Positions 29,276-39,123 of a DNA stretch of 64,000 nucleotides are shown one piece after another. Below the pieces are notes generated by a model that made no database searches, was not told the DNA's origin, and saw nothing but the letters and a program-made list of their open reading frames with translations. The stretch's first letter is position 1, and every line of letters starts with the position of its first letter. The position numbers and the translations under genes were made by a program. Source of the DNA: an uncultured Nitrospiraceae bacterium (GTDB lineage: Bacteria > Nitrospirota > Nitrospiria > Nitrospirales > Nitrospiraceae); contig CAWJWJ010000001.1 of the NCBI GenBank assembly GCA_963846575.1, positions 1,056,001-1,120,000 on the forward strand. Direction: 5' to 3'.

Positions 29276-29289
29276 GGCGGACCTCTCTG

Positions 29290-32028
29290 CTAGTGAGGTA
29301 AGGCCGGGAACCGCAACCGGAATGTGGTGCCCTCACGTTCGGTGCTGTCCACCGTAATGGTTCCATGGTGTTTGGTGACAATCTTGTGGACGATGCTGAG
29401 TCCGAGTCCGGTCCCTTTGCCGGGCTCCTTGGTGGTAAAAAACGGGTCGAAAATTCTCGGCAGCACGGCGGCGGGGATTCCCGGACCGTTGTCTGCAATG
29501 GTCACGTCGATCCATTCTCCCTCTTGGGCAGTGGTAAGGGTCAGGCGGCCGGTGCCGTTCATCGCCTGGGCGGCATTGCTGATCAGATTGACGAACACTT
29601 GATCGATCTCGCCTTTGCGGGCTCTGAGAAACGCGAGCGCCTCGAAATGAGTGACGACTTCCAGATACCCGAAATGGGGTCCTCGCCGAACCATCTTGAC
29701 CGCTTCCATCAAACGTTCCGCCAGATCGATCTCCGTTTCTCCGTCACGACCCGCGGAGCGGGTATAACTGGCAAAATCACGGACGACGGTGGACACGTGC
29801 CGTGCATAGCCCACGATATCGGAAGCAAACTCCCTGACCCTTCCAAAATCCTCTTCCTCCTGGATCAGTTCGGCCATGCTGAGAATGGCCTGGGCCGGGT
29901 TATTGATCTCATGAGCCATGCCGGACACCATCGTGCCGAGGCTTGACAGCTTTTCGGCCTGTATGAGCTGATCCTGGAGTTGTTTCTCTTCCGTGATATC
30001 CCAGAGCACGATGCCCAGTTGATACTGATATTGTGATCGCTCAGGTGCGGCCACAGGAAAGAAGCGATACCGGTATACCCTTTTGCGGACCTCGCATTCA
30101 CGTTCGGACAGTCCTTGCGCGGATGTGCGTGACAGCGAGGACCACTCCTGCGCGAGCCGCCTGGTCACGTCGTCAGTCAAGCCCAGGCATTCAGCGAGAG
30201 AATGGCCGGTCAGGGAGGTTCCGGACGAGGCGAAGCATTGGTGGGCCAGGTCGTTCGCATACTGCACGCGCAAGTCCCGTCCGCAGAGGAAAATGGCCCC
30301 GGGCAGACTGGCCAACAGACTCTGGGTCATGTCATGGCTGGCGCGCAAGGCCTGTCCGGCCTGCGCCCGCTCCATGAACTGCCCGATTTTCATGCCCGTA
30401 TCCGCCAGGGTCTGAATGAGATAGTGATCGGTCGCGCGAACATTCTTGGAAAACAGTTCAAGCACGCCCCGGACCATGCCGCCGGTCCGAATAGGAATGA
30501 CGCAGGCGCCGTGGATTCCCAAGCGCGAGGCGGTCGGGGCACGCGTGAACTGAGGGTCTGCCAGGGCATCCAGCACCCAGAGCGGACGTTTCGTGCTCCA
30601 GACCAGGCCGGGGAAATCAATCCCGGGTGGAAATTCGCTCTTGAGACTCAAGGAAAGGAATTCGTCCCACCGGTGCGTCTGGCTGACCCAGGTGCCCTGG
30701 CAGGTCAGGGTTTCCCTGGCCGGCGGGCTGCACCAGAAGAGCGCCATATCCCAGGCGCCCATTTCGCTGATGACGCAAAGGAGTTGCGGGATCGCTTCTT
30801 CGATCGTATTCGCCTGAGCGAGAAGATGACTGACGGAAAGCTGGGCCTGCTGCAGACTTTCCTGCCGCTTCTGGTCCGTAATGTCCTGAAATACGACCAC
30901 CACGCCGACCACTCGATCCTGTTCGAGGATCGGACTGGTCGTATAGTGAACCGGAAACCGAGTGCCATCCTTTTTGCTAAACGTGTCATTCTGAATGCGG
31001 TGAACCACTCCGTCACGGACCGATGAGTGGAGGCAGAACGGGTCCGGGGAGGGTGTGGACTCAGCGTCGTCGTCTCGATAGAGAAGCGGAGCCATAGGTT
31101 TCCCGATCAGGTCCGCAGCGGTCCAGCCGAGCATGCGTGCGCCGGTCGAATTGACGAAGGTCGCACATCCCTGCAGATCGAGGCCGAAGATGCCTTCCCC
31201 GGCGCTGTCCAGGATCAAGGCATTCTGGCGGCTCAGCCTGACGATGGATTCTTCAGCCTCCTTGCGCCGGGTCACGTCACGGATGATTCCGCTGAAGAAC
31301 AGCCCCTCCTTCGCATGCCAGGACGCCAGAGACAGTTCGATCGGAAACTCCTGTCCGGTGTTCGTGAGGCCCACCAACTCAATGGTCGTGCCGATCAGCT
31401 TGGGCGCCCCACCTTGAGCGACGCGCATGACGCCGGCGCTGTGGGACGATCGGAACCGTTCCGGTAGCAAGATGGTAAGCGGCTGTCCCAAGGCTTCGCG
31501 CTTGTTACGCCCGAACATCCGTTCCGCCGCGCCGTTCCACCAAATGATATGGCCCTCGTGGTCGGCGAGCACGATCGCGTCGGTCGCAGATTCCACCAAC
31601 GCGCGGAAGCGTTCTTCGCTGGCGTGGAGGGCCTGCTCGACATGTTCGGCCCGGACAGCCAAGCCCTTCACCGAGACGGCTCGGCGGAGGATGGCTTTCA
31701 ACTCCTGGGAGTTATACGGCTTGGTGAGGTAGGCGAAGGCGCCCTTGGTCAGGGAGCCGATGGTGTTCTCGGGCGTGGCATTGCCGGTCAGAATGATGAT
31801 GGGAAGCGATGGATCCAATTCCATCATGACCTTGAGCACGGACAGCCCGTTCAGGTCCGGCAATTGGATGTCGAGGAGCGCGGCAGCATATTGCTCCTGC
31901 TTGGCATGCAGCAATGCCTCGTTACCGGTCGCAGCGCTTTGGACGACATAACCTTCGTGAGATAACATATCGCTGAGCGATTCCCGAATATCGGCGTCGT
32001 CATCGACGATGAGAATGGGTGTCTGCAT
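29290..32028 (-). CDS. Hybrid sensor histidine kinase (REC-PAS-PAS-GAF-PAS-HisKA-HATPase, NtrB-like kinase core)
   Basis: ILIVDDD REC domain; PAS repeats; AHEINNP H-box; NLISNA, DNGPG and FFTTK..GTGLGL boxes; ATG 32028 preferred. Confidence 0.93.
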   Translation of the reverse strand: MQTPILIVDDDADIRESLSDMLSHEGYVVQSAATGNEALLHAKQEQYAAALLDIQLPDLNGLSVLKVMMELDPSLPIIILTGNATPENTIGSLTKGAFAYLTKPYNSQELKAILRRAVSVKGLAVRAEHVEQALHASEERFRALVESATDAIVLADHEGHIIWWNGAAERMFGRNKREALGQPLTILLPERFRSSHSAGVMRVAQGGAPKLIGTTIELVGLTNTGQEFPIELSLASWHAKEGLFFSGIIRDVTRRKEAEESIVRLSRQNALILDSAGEGIFGLDLQGCATFVNSTGARMLGWTAADLIGKPMAPLLYRDDDAESTPSPDPFCLHSSVRDGVVHRIQNDTFSKKDGTRFPVHYTTSPILEQDRVVGVVVVFQDITDQKRQESLQQAQLSVSHLLAQANTIEEAIPQLLCVISEMGAWDMALFWCSPPARETLTCQGTWVSQTHRWDEFLSLSLKSEFPPGIDFPGLVWSTKRPLWVLDALADPQFTRAPTASRLGIHGACVIPIRTGGMVRGVLELFSKNVRATDHYLIQTLADTGMKIGQFMERAQAGQALRASHDMTQSLLASLPGAIFLCGRDLRVQYANDLAHQCFASSGTSLTGHSLAECLGLTDDVTRRLAQEWSSLSRTSAQGLSERECEVRKRVYRYRFFPVAAPERSQYQYQLGIVLWDITEEKQLQDQLIQAEKLSSLGTMVSGMAHEINNPAQAILSMAELIQEEEDFGRVREFASDIVGYARHVSTVVRDFASYTRSAGRDGETEIDLAERLMEAVKMVRRGPHFGYLEVVTHFEALAFLRARKGEIDQVFVNLISNAAQAMNGTGRLTLTTAQEGEWIDVTIADNGPGIPAAVLPRIFDPFFTTKEPGKGTGLGLSIVHKIVTKHHGTITVDSTEREGTTFRLRFPALPH

Positions 32029-32070
32029 GGCGCGTTCCGAATATTGTGAAGGGAGGGCATCCTGTCTAGG

Positions 32071-32086
32071 GGCAATAGCCGTGCCG
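32071..32086 (-). promoter_or_regulatory. sigma54 -24/-12 promoter (CGGCACGGCTATTGCC) for the hybrid kinase
   Basis: GGCAC-N5-TTGC with correct spacing, ~43 bp upstream of the ATG. Confidence 0.75.
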
Positions 32087-32121
32087 CACCGGTGTTGATC
32101 GTGTCCAGGGGCTGAGCAGGA

Positions 32122-32134
32122 CAACCCCTTGATT
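32122..32134 (-). promoter_or_regulatory. IHF binding site (AATCAAGGGGTTG)
   Basis: Exact match to WATCAANNNNTTR, between the sigma54 promoter and the upstream palindrome. Confidence 0.6.
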
Positions 32135-32210
32135 TGGCGAACACCGACGGGGTTGCGCAGTGGGCATCTGGAATGGAGGGAGCAGAGGGGCGTTCAAATC
32201 AATGCACGCA

Positions 32211-32226
32211 TTATCGGATCAGATAC
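32211..32226. promoter_or_regulatory. Putative enhancer-binding-protein site (TTATC-GGATCA-GATAC)
   Basis: Copy of the GTATC-N6-GATAC motif, ~126 bp upstream of the -24 element. Confidence 0.6.
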
Positions 32227-32258
32227 AGGTCCCCGGGATGAGCAGATGAGGTGAGAGC

Positions 32259-34580
32259 CTATTCAGGGGCCGGGGACGCGGGATCAATCGGCAAGGTAAA
32301 ATAAAATTGCGTGCCCACACCCAACTGACTCTCCACGCACATGTGTCCTCCATGCAGTCCCACAAGACTTTTGGTGATGAAGAGTCCGAGTTGCGCGCCT
32401 TGAGAAGCCGGCAGGGCTGATTCCACCTTTGAAAATTCGTTGAACACCTTGGGTAGTTCGTGGGACGCGATACCGCAGCCGCTGTCGGAGATTACGATGC
32501 GGACGAAACCATCCTCCTGTCGCTCGCACGTGACTGAGATATGCCCAAACTTTGGCGTAAACTTGATCGCGTTCCCGACAAGATTCCAGAGGATCTGTTC
32601 GAGTTTGTCGCGATCGGCGCGCACGACGAGGGTTTTGTCAGAGGGGATGACGTCTAATGTCAGGGATTTTTCCTCGGCGAGCGTTTGAAAACTTTCCACC
32701 ACATCCCTCACGAAGTCGCCGATCACAAGTGGTTCCGGCTTAATATCGATGCGTCCGACATCCAAACGGGACCAGTCCAGGAGTTGATTGATGATCCGGG
32801 TCAGACGGTCCACGTTGTGTTTAATGCGTTGGAGGTAATGTTCTTGTCGTTCAGAGAGTTGTCCTGTCAGCCCATCGAGCATGTTTTCCACGAAGCCTTT
32901 GATGGACGTCATCGGCGTGCGGAGTTCGTGCGACGCCACGGAGACGAATTTTGAGCGCCGGCGATCGTGGTCTTGTAACCGCTCGTTCGCCGTCTGCAAC
33001 TCATGGGTCCGATCCTGCACCCGGCCTTCGAGATGTTCCGTCAACGTGGCCAGTTCGGTATAGGCGCGCGCATTGTCGACCGCCACGGCCACGTGGCTGG
33101 CCACGGTCACCAGGAGATCAAGATCCTCATGAGTGCAGGGGAGTGGGCCGCGGTCGGCGCCGAGATAACCGAGAATGCGTTGCTGACTGCTGCGGAGAGG
33201 AACGCCGACGAACGACAAGACCCGCATATGACGTAGCAGGGGCAGCACGTCGGGTGAAATTCGATCGGCGACCGCATCCAGGTTCGGCACCAGCAGCGGT
33301 TTGCCGTGAATCAACAGCTCCGATGCCACGCCGCCGTCATGCTGCACGGGGATGACCAACTGGCGAACCGCCTGTTCGTCTTCTTCACGCATACCGAAGA
33401 CCTGTCCCACCGTCGCCACGCCGCGGTCGTTATCCCAGAGAAACAGGATCATCCGGGCAAATCCAAGATTTTCGCTGAGCAGTTGCAGGACCGTCGAGAG
33501 GAGCCGGTCGAGATCGAGCGTTGACGTAATGGCGGCACTGGATTGATTCAGGGTCGTCAGCTGTGTGACATGCCGGCGAATCGTTTCAAGATTCTTTGAA
33601 ATCGCCTGATTGCGCTCCTGCAGGGACTTGGTCATGAGATTAAACAGCGCCGTCAACTGGCCCACTTCGTCCTGGGTGGTCGGCATGACGAATGTGGAGA
33701 GGTCCCCTTCTCCGACTTTGCGCGCCCCCGCAGCCAGGTTGCGCAACGGTGTGATGATGCGGCGGGCCAGGAGGCTGGTGAAGAGGATGCCGGTTCCGAT
33801 AATGCCCAACGTGAGCAACAAAAAGTTACGCAGAACCTTCGCGAGTTCCCGTTGCATCGGTACTTCAGTCAGTCCGATTTGTACGACGCCGAAGGCTTGA
33901 GGCGTCGGTTCCGATGAGCGCGTCTTCCGGCTCTCTTCTTCTTGGAGAGCCAGGGCTTCCAAACGTGAATTCCCGCGCCGCAGAACGGGAACGGCAAAAT
34001 CATAAAAGGTTTCCTCTTGACCGGCGGAGGTCCAAAAGGGAAGCGGCGACTCGGCTTCCGAAAGGGGGATGGTCCCGGAGCCGCTGAGGCGGAGACGGGT
34101 CACGGTGGGATCCGACCCGGGCGATGCGAGCAGAAGTTCGGCGATATCGGGTCGCGGGTAGAAGGGCCGTTCAGCCGATCGAAGATTGCCGAGCGCGCTC
34201 GCAAGCTTGCCTTTGCTTTTTGCCGCCAGTATCTGCCCGTCGGCCCCGGTGATCATGGCGTAGATCACTTCATCGACCTCCATGACCCCATCAATGAACT
34301 GCTCGAGGATGACGCGTTCTTCGATAATGATCCCGTAACGGACATTGTGGGCGAGATTCTTGACCAGAATGGTCCCCAGATCCCTCACGCGTTCGGTCAT
34401 GGCGATGCGCTTGGTATGAACGAAGTACCAACTCATCCCCGAGCAGGTCAGGATAATGATCAAACTGAAGAAAACGACGAACTTCGTCCGCAGGCTGATG
34501 AAGCGACCGAGGCCGCCGCGAGCAAACGGAGTTCTGCTCGGCTGGAGGACGGGCTCATTCACGGTCAGGTCTTTCATCAA
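32259..34580 (-). CDS. Membrane sensor histidine kinase (periplasmic domain-HAMP-GAF-HisKA-HATPase)
   Basis: Two TMs; HAMP (DEVGQL..FNLM); ASHELRTP; NLVGNAIKFT; DSGCGI; GAQLGL. Confidence 0.93.
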   Translation of the reverse strand: MMKDLTVNEPVLQPSRTPFARGGLGRFISLRTKFVVFFSLIIILTCSGMSWYFVHTKRIAMTERVRDLGTILVKNLAHNVRYGIIIEERVILEQFIDGVMEVDEVIYAMITGADGQILAAKSKGKLASALGNLRSAERPFYPRPDIAELLLASPGSDPTVTRLRLSGSGTIPLSEAESPLPFWTSAGQEETFYDFAVPVLRRGNSRLEALALQEEESRKTRSSEPTPQAFGVVQIGLTEVPMQRELAKVLRNFLLLTLGIIGTGILFTSLLARRIITPLRNLAAGARKVGEGDLSTFVMPTTQDEVGQLTALFNLMTKSLQERNQAISKNLETIRRHVTQLTTLNQSSAAITSTLDLDRLLSTVLQLLSENLGFARMILFLWDNDRGVATVGQVFGMREEDEQAVRQLVIPVQHDGGVASELLIHGKPLLVPNLDAVADRISPDVLPLLRHMRVLSFVGVPLRSSQQRILGYLGADRGPLPCTHEDLDLLVTVASHVAVAVDNARAYTELATLTEHLEGRVQDRTHELQTANERLQDHDRRRSKFVSVASHELRTPMTSIKGFVENMLDGLTGQLSERQEHYLQRIKHNVDRLTRIINQLLDWSRLDVGRIDIKPEPLVIGDFVRDVVESFQTLAEEKSLTLDVIPSDKTLVVRADRDKLEQILWNLVGNAIKFTPKFGHISVTCERQEDGFVRIVISDSGCGIASHELPKVFNEFSKVESALPASQGAQLGLFITKSLVGLHGGHMCVESQLGVGTQFYFTLPIDPASPAPE

Positions 34581-35545
34581 TACACTTCATCGGCTTTGGT
34601 TTCGACTGCTTTGGGAATCTCGATGCCCAGAAACCTGGCGGTCTTCAGATTGATGCTCATTTCAATGCGGTCAGGATGTAAGGGTTTCATGGGCATCGAC
34701 ACCTGGCCATCGATGATCCTGCGGGCGAGTTGGCCGGCTTGGCGGCCGATGTCGCCGTAGTTGACCGACAGGCACAAAAAGGCTCCGCTTCTGGCAAACT
34801 CCCGGGAAAACCCGATGACCGGCACGCGTTCCTCCAGCGCGGTGTTCAAAATGAAGCGCAGGGACTCATCGGTCAGAACCGTGGAGTCGGGGACGAGCCA
34901 CAGTGCGCCCACGGACGGCAGGAGCGATCGCAGCGCGCTGGGGACATCACGCTCGCTGGTGACCTGCGTCGAGATGAGATCCACGCTGTTCGATTTGAGT
35001 AAGCGCTTAGATTCCTCGATAAGCGGTGCCGTTTTGGAAGGATCATAGAGGGTGCCGATATGTTTGAGTTCAGGCAACAGGGCGCGGATCGTCGTCATCT
35101 GGCGATCGATCGGCACTTCGAGGAGAATGCCCGTCATGTTCTGAGTATTGAGCCCGTATTTCCCGGGGTCCAATACCATGGAATAGACGACCGGAATGTC
35201 GACGATCTCCAACTGGGCCGCCTTCGCTGCCTTCAGTCCGACGGCAAACACCAGCGCCGGGTCGGACGCCCGGATCTTGCGGGCCAGTTTCCGTCCCTTC
35301 TCCAGATCCCCCTGGAGATCGTACTCCAACAGCACGATCCCGTTCGGCAACGCGGCCTTGAATCCGCTGAGCGCCTGGTTGTAGGCGGCAATGTCGGATG
35401 ATTTCAGAATGACGATGTCCGTCGCGGGGGCAAGGGCAGGGCAGGCCAGCCAGCCGATCAGGAAGGCCAGATGCCACCGCAGCCACCGGGGTCTGCGTCC
35501 CCTGAAGGGCTGAGCGACGGGCGATGCGGTGTGCGTGAAGGTCAC
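34577..35545 (-). CDS. ABC-type substrate-binding protein (ABC_sub_bind-like), orphan and signalling-associated
   Basis: Signal peptide; IGTLYDP, IGRQAG and INLKTARFLG motifs; 4-bp overlap with the kinase; no permease or ATPase nearby. Confidence 0.85.
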   Translation of the reverse strand: MTFTHTASPVAQPFRGRRPRWLRWHLAFLIGWLACPALAPATDIVILKSSDIAAYNQALSGFKAALPNGIVLLEYDLQGDLEKGRKLARKIRASDPALVFAVGLKAAKAAQLEIVDIPVVYSMVLDPGKYGLNTQNMTGILLEVPIDRQMTTIRALLPELKHIGTLYDPSKTAPLIEESKRLLKSNSVDLISTQVTSERDVPSALRSLLPSVGALWLVPDSTVLTDESLRFILNTALEERVPVIGFSREFARSGAFLCLSVNYGDIGRQAGQLARRIIDGQVSMPMKPLHPDRIEMSINLKTARFLGIEIPKAVETKADEVY

Positions 35546-35600
35546 AACCCGGTCCCTCCTGAACTCGCCGGCAGCCTGTGAACCGTATGAGCCATGCCGC

Positions 35601-38600
35601 TTACCTGGTGGCCCCCTTCGCTTCGTGAACGATACCCAGGACGCGTGTCGCGGTTCCGTCTGCGTCTCGATGGATGCGTCCGGTCCAGGCCAGCCAATGC
35701 AGAGTGCCGTCAGGCCAGAGGACGCGGTGCATGATATTCACCGACGTATTGTCGCGCAATCCCTGTTCGATCCTCGTCAGGATCGACCCGCGATCCAGCA
35801 GATAGATCAGCTCAATATAGGCGGAGTAGGTGCCGGGGAAGGACCCCGGGGCCAGGCCGAAGAGCGCCTCGACACCGGCCGACCAATACAGACGGTCCGT
35901 GCGGACGTCCCAATCCCAGATCCCGACGTCGGACGCGATGAGCGCCATGCGTACCCGCTCCTCGCTCAGCCGCAACTGTTCCTCCATCCGTTTACGTTCG
36001 GTAATGTCGGTGGAAATGCCGCACATGGCGAAGACATGACCGTCCCGATCAAAGATGGGGACCTTGACCGACAGGTAGGTGTGCAGGCCATCGGCATGGG
36101 GAACGTGCTCTTCGATTTCCAGTGGCCGGGCCTCTGTGAGAACCAGACGGTCGTTGGCCCGGAATACATCCGCCACCTCTTGCGGGAAGATGTCATGGTC
36201 CGTTCTGCCGAGAATCTGGTCCGCCGTGAGATGGAAGATCTGCCGGAAGCTCGCGTTCACCATCAGGTACCGACCGTCGGCCTGCTTGGCATAGATCGGA
36301 GCCGTTGCATTGTCGATGACCGAGCGGAGCAGTTCTTCGCTCCGATGGAGGGCGTCTTCCGCACGTTTGCGGTCGGTAATGCACTGCAAGGAGCCGGCCA
36401 TGCGGACGGCCCGGCCTTCCCGGTCTCGCTGGACGACTTGCGCGCGGGCATGAATCCACCGGTAGTCTCCGTGCTTGTTCAGCAGCCGGTATTCGACGTC
36501 GTATTGGGAGGCGCCCTGCTCGATACAGGCGGTCAGCCGCTGAAAGACCTGCTCGTGATCGTCCGGGTGGAGCCGGGATGTCCAGCTGCCCAGATTGTTG
36601 GGGAACTCCTGCTCGTTGTAGCCCAGCATCTGACGCACGCGTGGTGACCACCAGACAGGAGTGGAGGGCAAGTGCCACGGTTGTCCGGGCAGCACATGAC
36701 CGTCCCAAAACCCGTCATTGGAACCATGGATGACCGATTCCAGCCGCTCTTCGCTGGCAGAGAGGGATTCCTGAACCTGTTTATGCTCGGTAATGTCGCG
36801 GGAGATGGCCAGGAGGCGCCGCACACGGCCCTGTGCATCGAGCATGGGAGTGACTTGCACGTCCCACCATTTCGCCTCCCCGCTGCTGGCAGGACAGAAG
36901 CCCACGAACTTGCCGATCTTGCCGGCCTTGGCCGCCTCCAGCGAGGCCACGGCTGAGTGCCGGTCGTCGCCCTCCCACAAATCCTGCCAGGGCCTGTTGA
37001 GGTAGTGGCTGAAATCATGAATCTCCAACAGCCTCTGCCCGCTGTCATTCATATATTGCAGCCGGCCATCCAGATCCAGGACCTGCATGCAGTCGGCGTT
37101 GCTGCGCAGGATTTGATTGGTGAACTCTTCACTGTCGTGGAGGGCGAGTTGAGCCTCCTTGGTGGCGGTGATGTCCTCGCACACAATCAGCACCACCGGC
37201 TGTTGCTGGTCATTGGCGACGGCTTGAGCGGTTTCACGCACCCAGATGATGCGACCGTCTTTTCGGACCTTACGGAATTCCCATCGTTTGGGGTGACCCA
37301 TTTCGGTGAGGCACAGGGCGAGATTTTGCCGGACAGCCTCCCGGTCCTCCGGGTGATGCACCTCCATCAGCTTTGTATTGAGCAGATCGTCGACCTGGTA
37401 CCCGAGGCGTTCGGCCCCGAACCGGTTGACGGACAAGATCGTGCCCTGGCCATCCACCATGAAATACATGGATGGGTTATCGTCGAACAATACTCGGTAT
37501 CGTCGTTCACTCGCCATCAAGGCCGATTCGACCCGCTTGCGGTCTGTCACGTCTTCGGCCAGGCCCACGATGCGATAGACCGACCCGGACGCGTCACGTA
37601 TCGGATAGGCGCGATCCCAAATCCACCGCATCGATCCGTCGGGACGCGTGATGCGATACTCCTCATGGAAGGTGCCCTCTACTTGCCGTGGAACGGCCTC
37701 CTCCACTCGCTGCCGGTCTTCAGGATGGATGGCCTCCATCCAGGAGTCAGGGGCGGCGTACAGGCTGTCGCAGGAGCGTCCCCAGATCTCCTCATATCCC
37801 GGGCTGATGTAGATGATGCGGTCCTTCGCGGGATCGGTAATCCAGAACACCTCTTTAATATGCTCAGCCAACTGCCGAAATCGTTCCTGGCTTTCCTCGA
37901 CGGCCCGTTCGGCTTCCCTGCGCTCGGTGATATCGCGGAAGACCACCACGGCCCCTGCCACGGTACCCTTTTCGATGATCGGAGTGCTGACATATTCTAC
38001 CGGGATACTGGAGCCGTCTTTACGCCAGAAGATGTCGACCGGCACTCGATGGACCGCACCGTCGCGAAGGGCCGCATAAATCGGGCAGGCTTCCACCGGG
38101 TAGGGACTGCCGTCCAGTCGAGAATGATGGAGGTGCCCGTGCATCGGTTGCTCGATGAGTTCGGAGGGCTCATAACCCAACAGGCGTGCGGCCGTCGAAT
38201 TTACGAACGTCGTGGTTCCCTCGCGATCCAGCCCGTAGATCCCTTCGCCTGCCTGCGTGAGGATCACCTCGTGCAGATGACGAAGGCGGTCGAGAATCTC
38301 CTCCGCCCGGCGGCGCTGGGTAATGTCACGAATGATCCCGCTGTAGAAAATGGCCTCGTCGGTCTTCCATGTGGCCAGAGACAACTCGAGCGGAAACTCC
38401 GTGCCGTCCTTGCGCAAACCTTCCAGCTCGACCAGCCGGCCGATGAGGCGGGATTGACCCGTTTCGGCGACACGCTCCAGCCCACGCTCATGGGCTACGC
38501 GATAGCGCTTAGGCATGAGCATGGTCAGGGAACGCCCGATGACTTCTTCGTCGGTATATCCGAACAGTTTCGATGCCGCGCGGTTCCATGAGAGGATGTT

Positions 38601-39092
38601 GCCGTGACGATCCGCCAGCAGGATCGAGTCGGTGGCTGCCTCAACCAGGGAGCGGAACCGCGCCTCGCTCTCGCTCAACGCAAGTTCGGCATGTTCCGCT
38701 TTGGCGGCTAGAGCCTGCACGCCGACGGCTCGTTGCACGACCGCCCTCAATTCCTCACGGTTGTAAGGTTTGGTCAAATAGGCGAAGGCACCCTGGGTCA
38801 ACGAGCCGACGGTACGGTCGGTGCTCGTATAGGCCGTGAGGATGATCACCGGCAATTGCGGTTGGGACTCTTGCAACCTCCTGAGCACCGATGATCCGTC
38901 CCCGTCCGGCAGCCCCAAGTCCAACAGGACGGCGTTGTAGCGATGTTCATTGGCCCGGGAGAGGGCATCGGCGCAGGTGCCGGCGACGCTCACCTCATAC
39001 CCGTCGTGATCGAGAAAGTCTTGGAGTCCGAGCAGGATATCCGGATCGTCGTCCACCACGAGAATGGAATGAGTAGACGTGGTCGATAACAT
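35601..39092 (-). CDS. REC + eight tandem PAS/PAC domain protein, no output domain
   Basis: ILVVDDD REC domain; eight PAS units, seven ending in a DIT-like linker; stop directly after the last PAS. Confidence 0.88.
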   Translation of the reverse strand: MLSTTSTHSILVVDDDPDILLGLQDFLDHDGYEVSVAGTCADALSRANEHRYNAVLLDLGLPDGDGSSVLRRLQESQPQLPVIILTAYTSTDRTVGSLTQGAFAYLTKPYNREELRAVVQRAVGVQALAAKAEHAELALSESEARFRSLVEAATDSILLADRHGNILSWNRAASKLFGYTDEEVIGRSLTMLMPKRYRVAHERGLERVAETGQSRLIGRLVELEGLRKDGTEFPLELSLATWKTDEAIFYSGIIRDITQRRRAEEILDRLRHLHEVILTQAGEGIYGLDREGTTTFVNSTAARLLGYEPSELIEQPMHGHLHHSRLDGSPYPVEACPIYAALRDGAVHRVPVDIFWRKDGSSIPVEYVSTPIIEKGTVAGAVVVFRDITERREAERAVEESQERFRQLAEHIKEVFWITDPAKDRIIYISPGYEEIWGRSCDSLYAAPDSWMEAIHPEDRQRVEEAVPRQVEGTFHEEYRITRPDGSMRWIWDRAYPIRDASGSVYRIVGLAEDVTDRKRVESALMASERRYRVLFDDNPSMYFMVDGQGTILSVNRFGAERLGYQVDDLLNTKLMEVHHPEDREAVRQNLALCLTEMGHPKRWEFRKVRKDGRIIWVRETAQAVANDQQQPVVLIVCEDITATKEAQLALHDSEEFTNQILRSNADCMQVLDLDGRLQYMNDSGQRLLEIHDFSHYLNRPWQDLWEGDDRHSAVASLEAAKAGKIGKFVGFCPASSGEAKWWDVQVTPMLDAQGRVRRLLAISRDITEHKQVQESLSASEERLESVIHGSNDGFWDGHVLPGQPWHLPSTPVWWSPRVRQMLGYNEQEFPNNLGSWTSRLHPDDHEQVFQRLTACIEQGASQYDVEYRLLNKHGDYRWIHARAQVVQRDREGRAVRMAGSLQCITDRKRAEDALHRSEELLRSVIDNATAPIYAKQADGRYLMVNASFRQIFHLTADQILGRTDHDIFPQEVADVFRANDRLVLTEARPLEIEEHVPHADGLHTYLSVKVPIFDRDGHVFAMCGISTDITERKRMEEQLRLSEERVRMALIASDVGIWDWDVRTDRLYWSAGVEALFGLAPGSFPGTYSAYIELIYLLDRGSILTRIEQGLRDNTSVNIMHRVLWPDGTLHWLAWTGRIHRDADGTATRVLGIVHEAKGATR

Positions 39093-39123
39093 CACAGCCT
39101 CCCGAGTCCACTGGGCTCGTACG

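Noticed and set aside
36957..38591. 544-aa plus-strand ORF and similar long antisense ORFs (e.g. 25497..26570, 45638..46693, 4416..5207)
   Set aside because: Shadow ORFs opposite well-supported genes, expected in GC-rich DNA; no motifs
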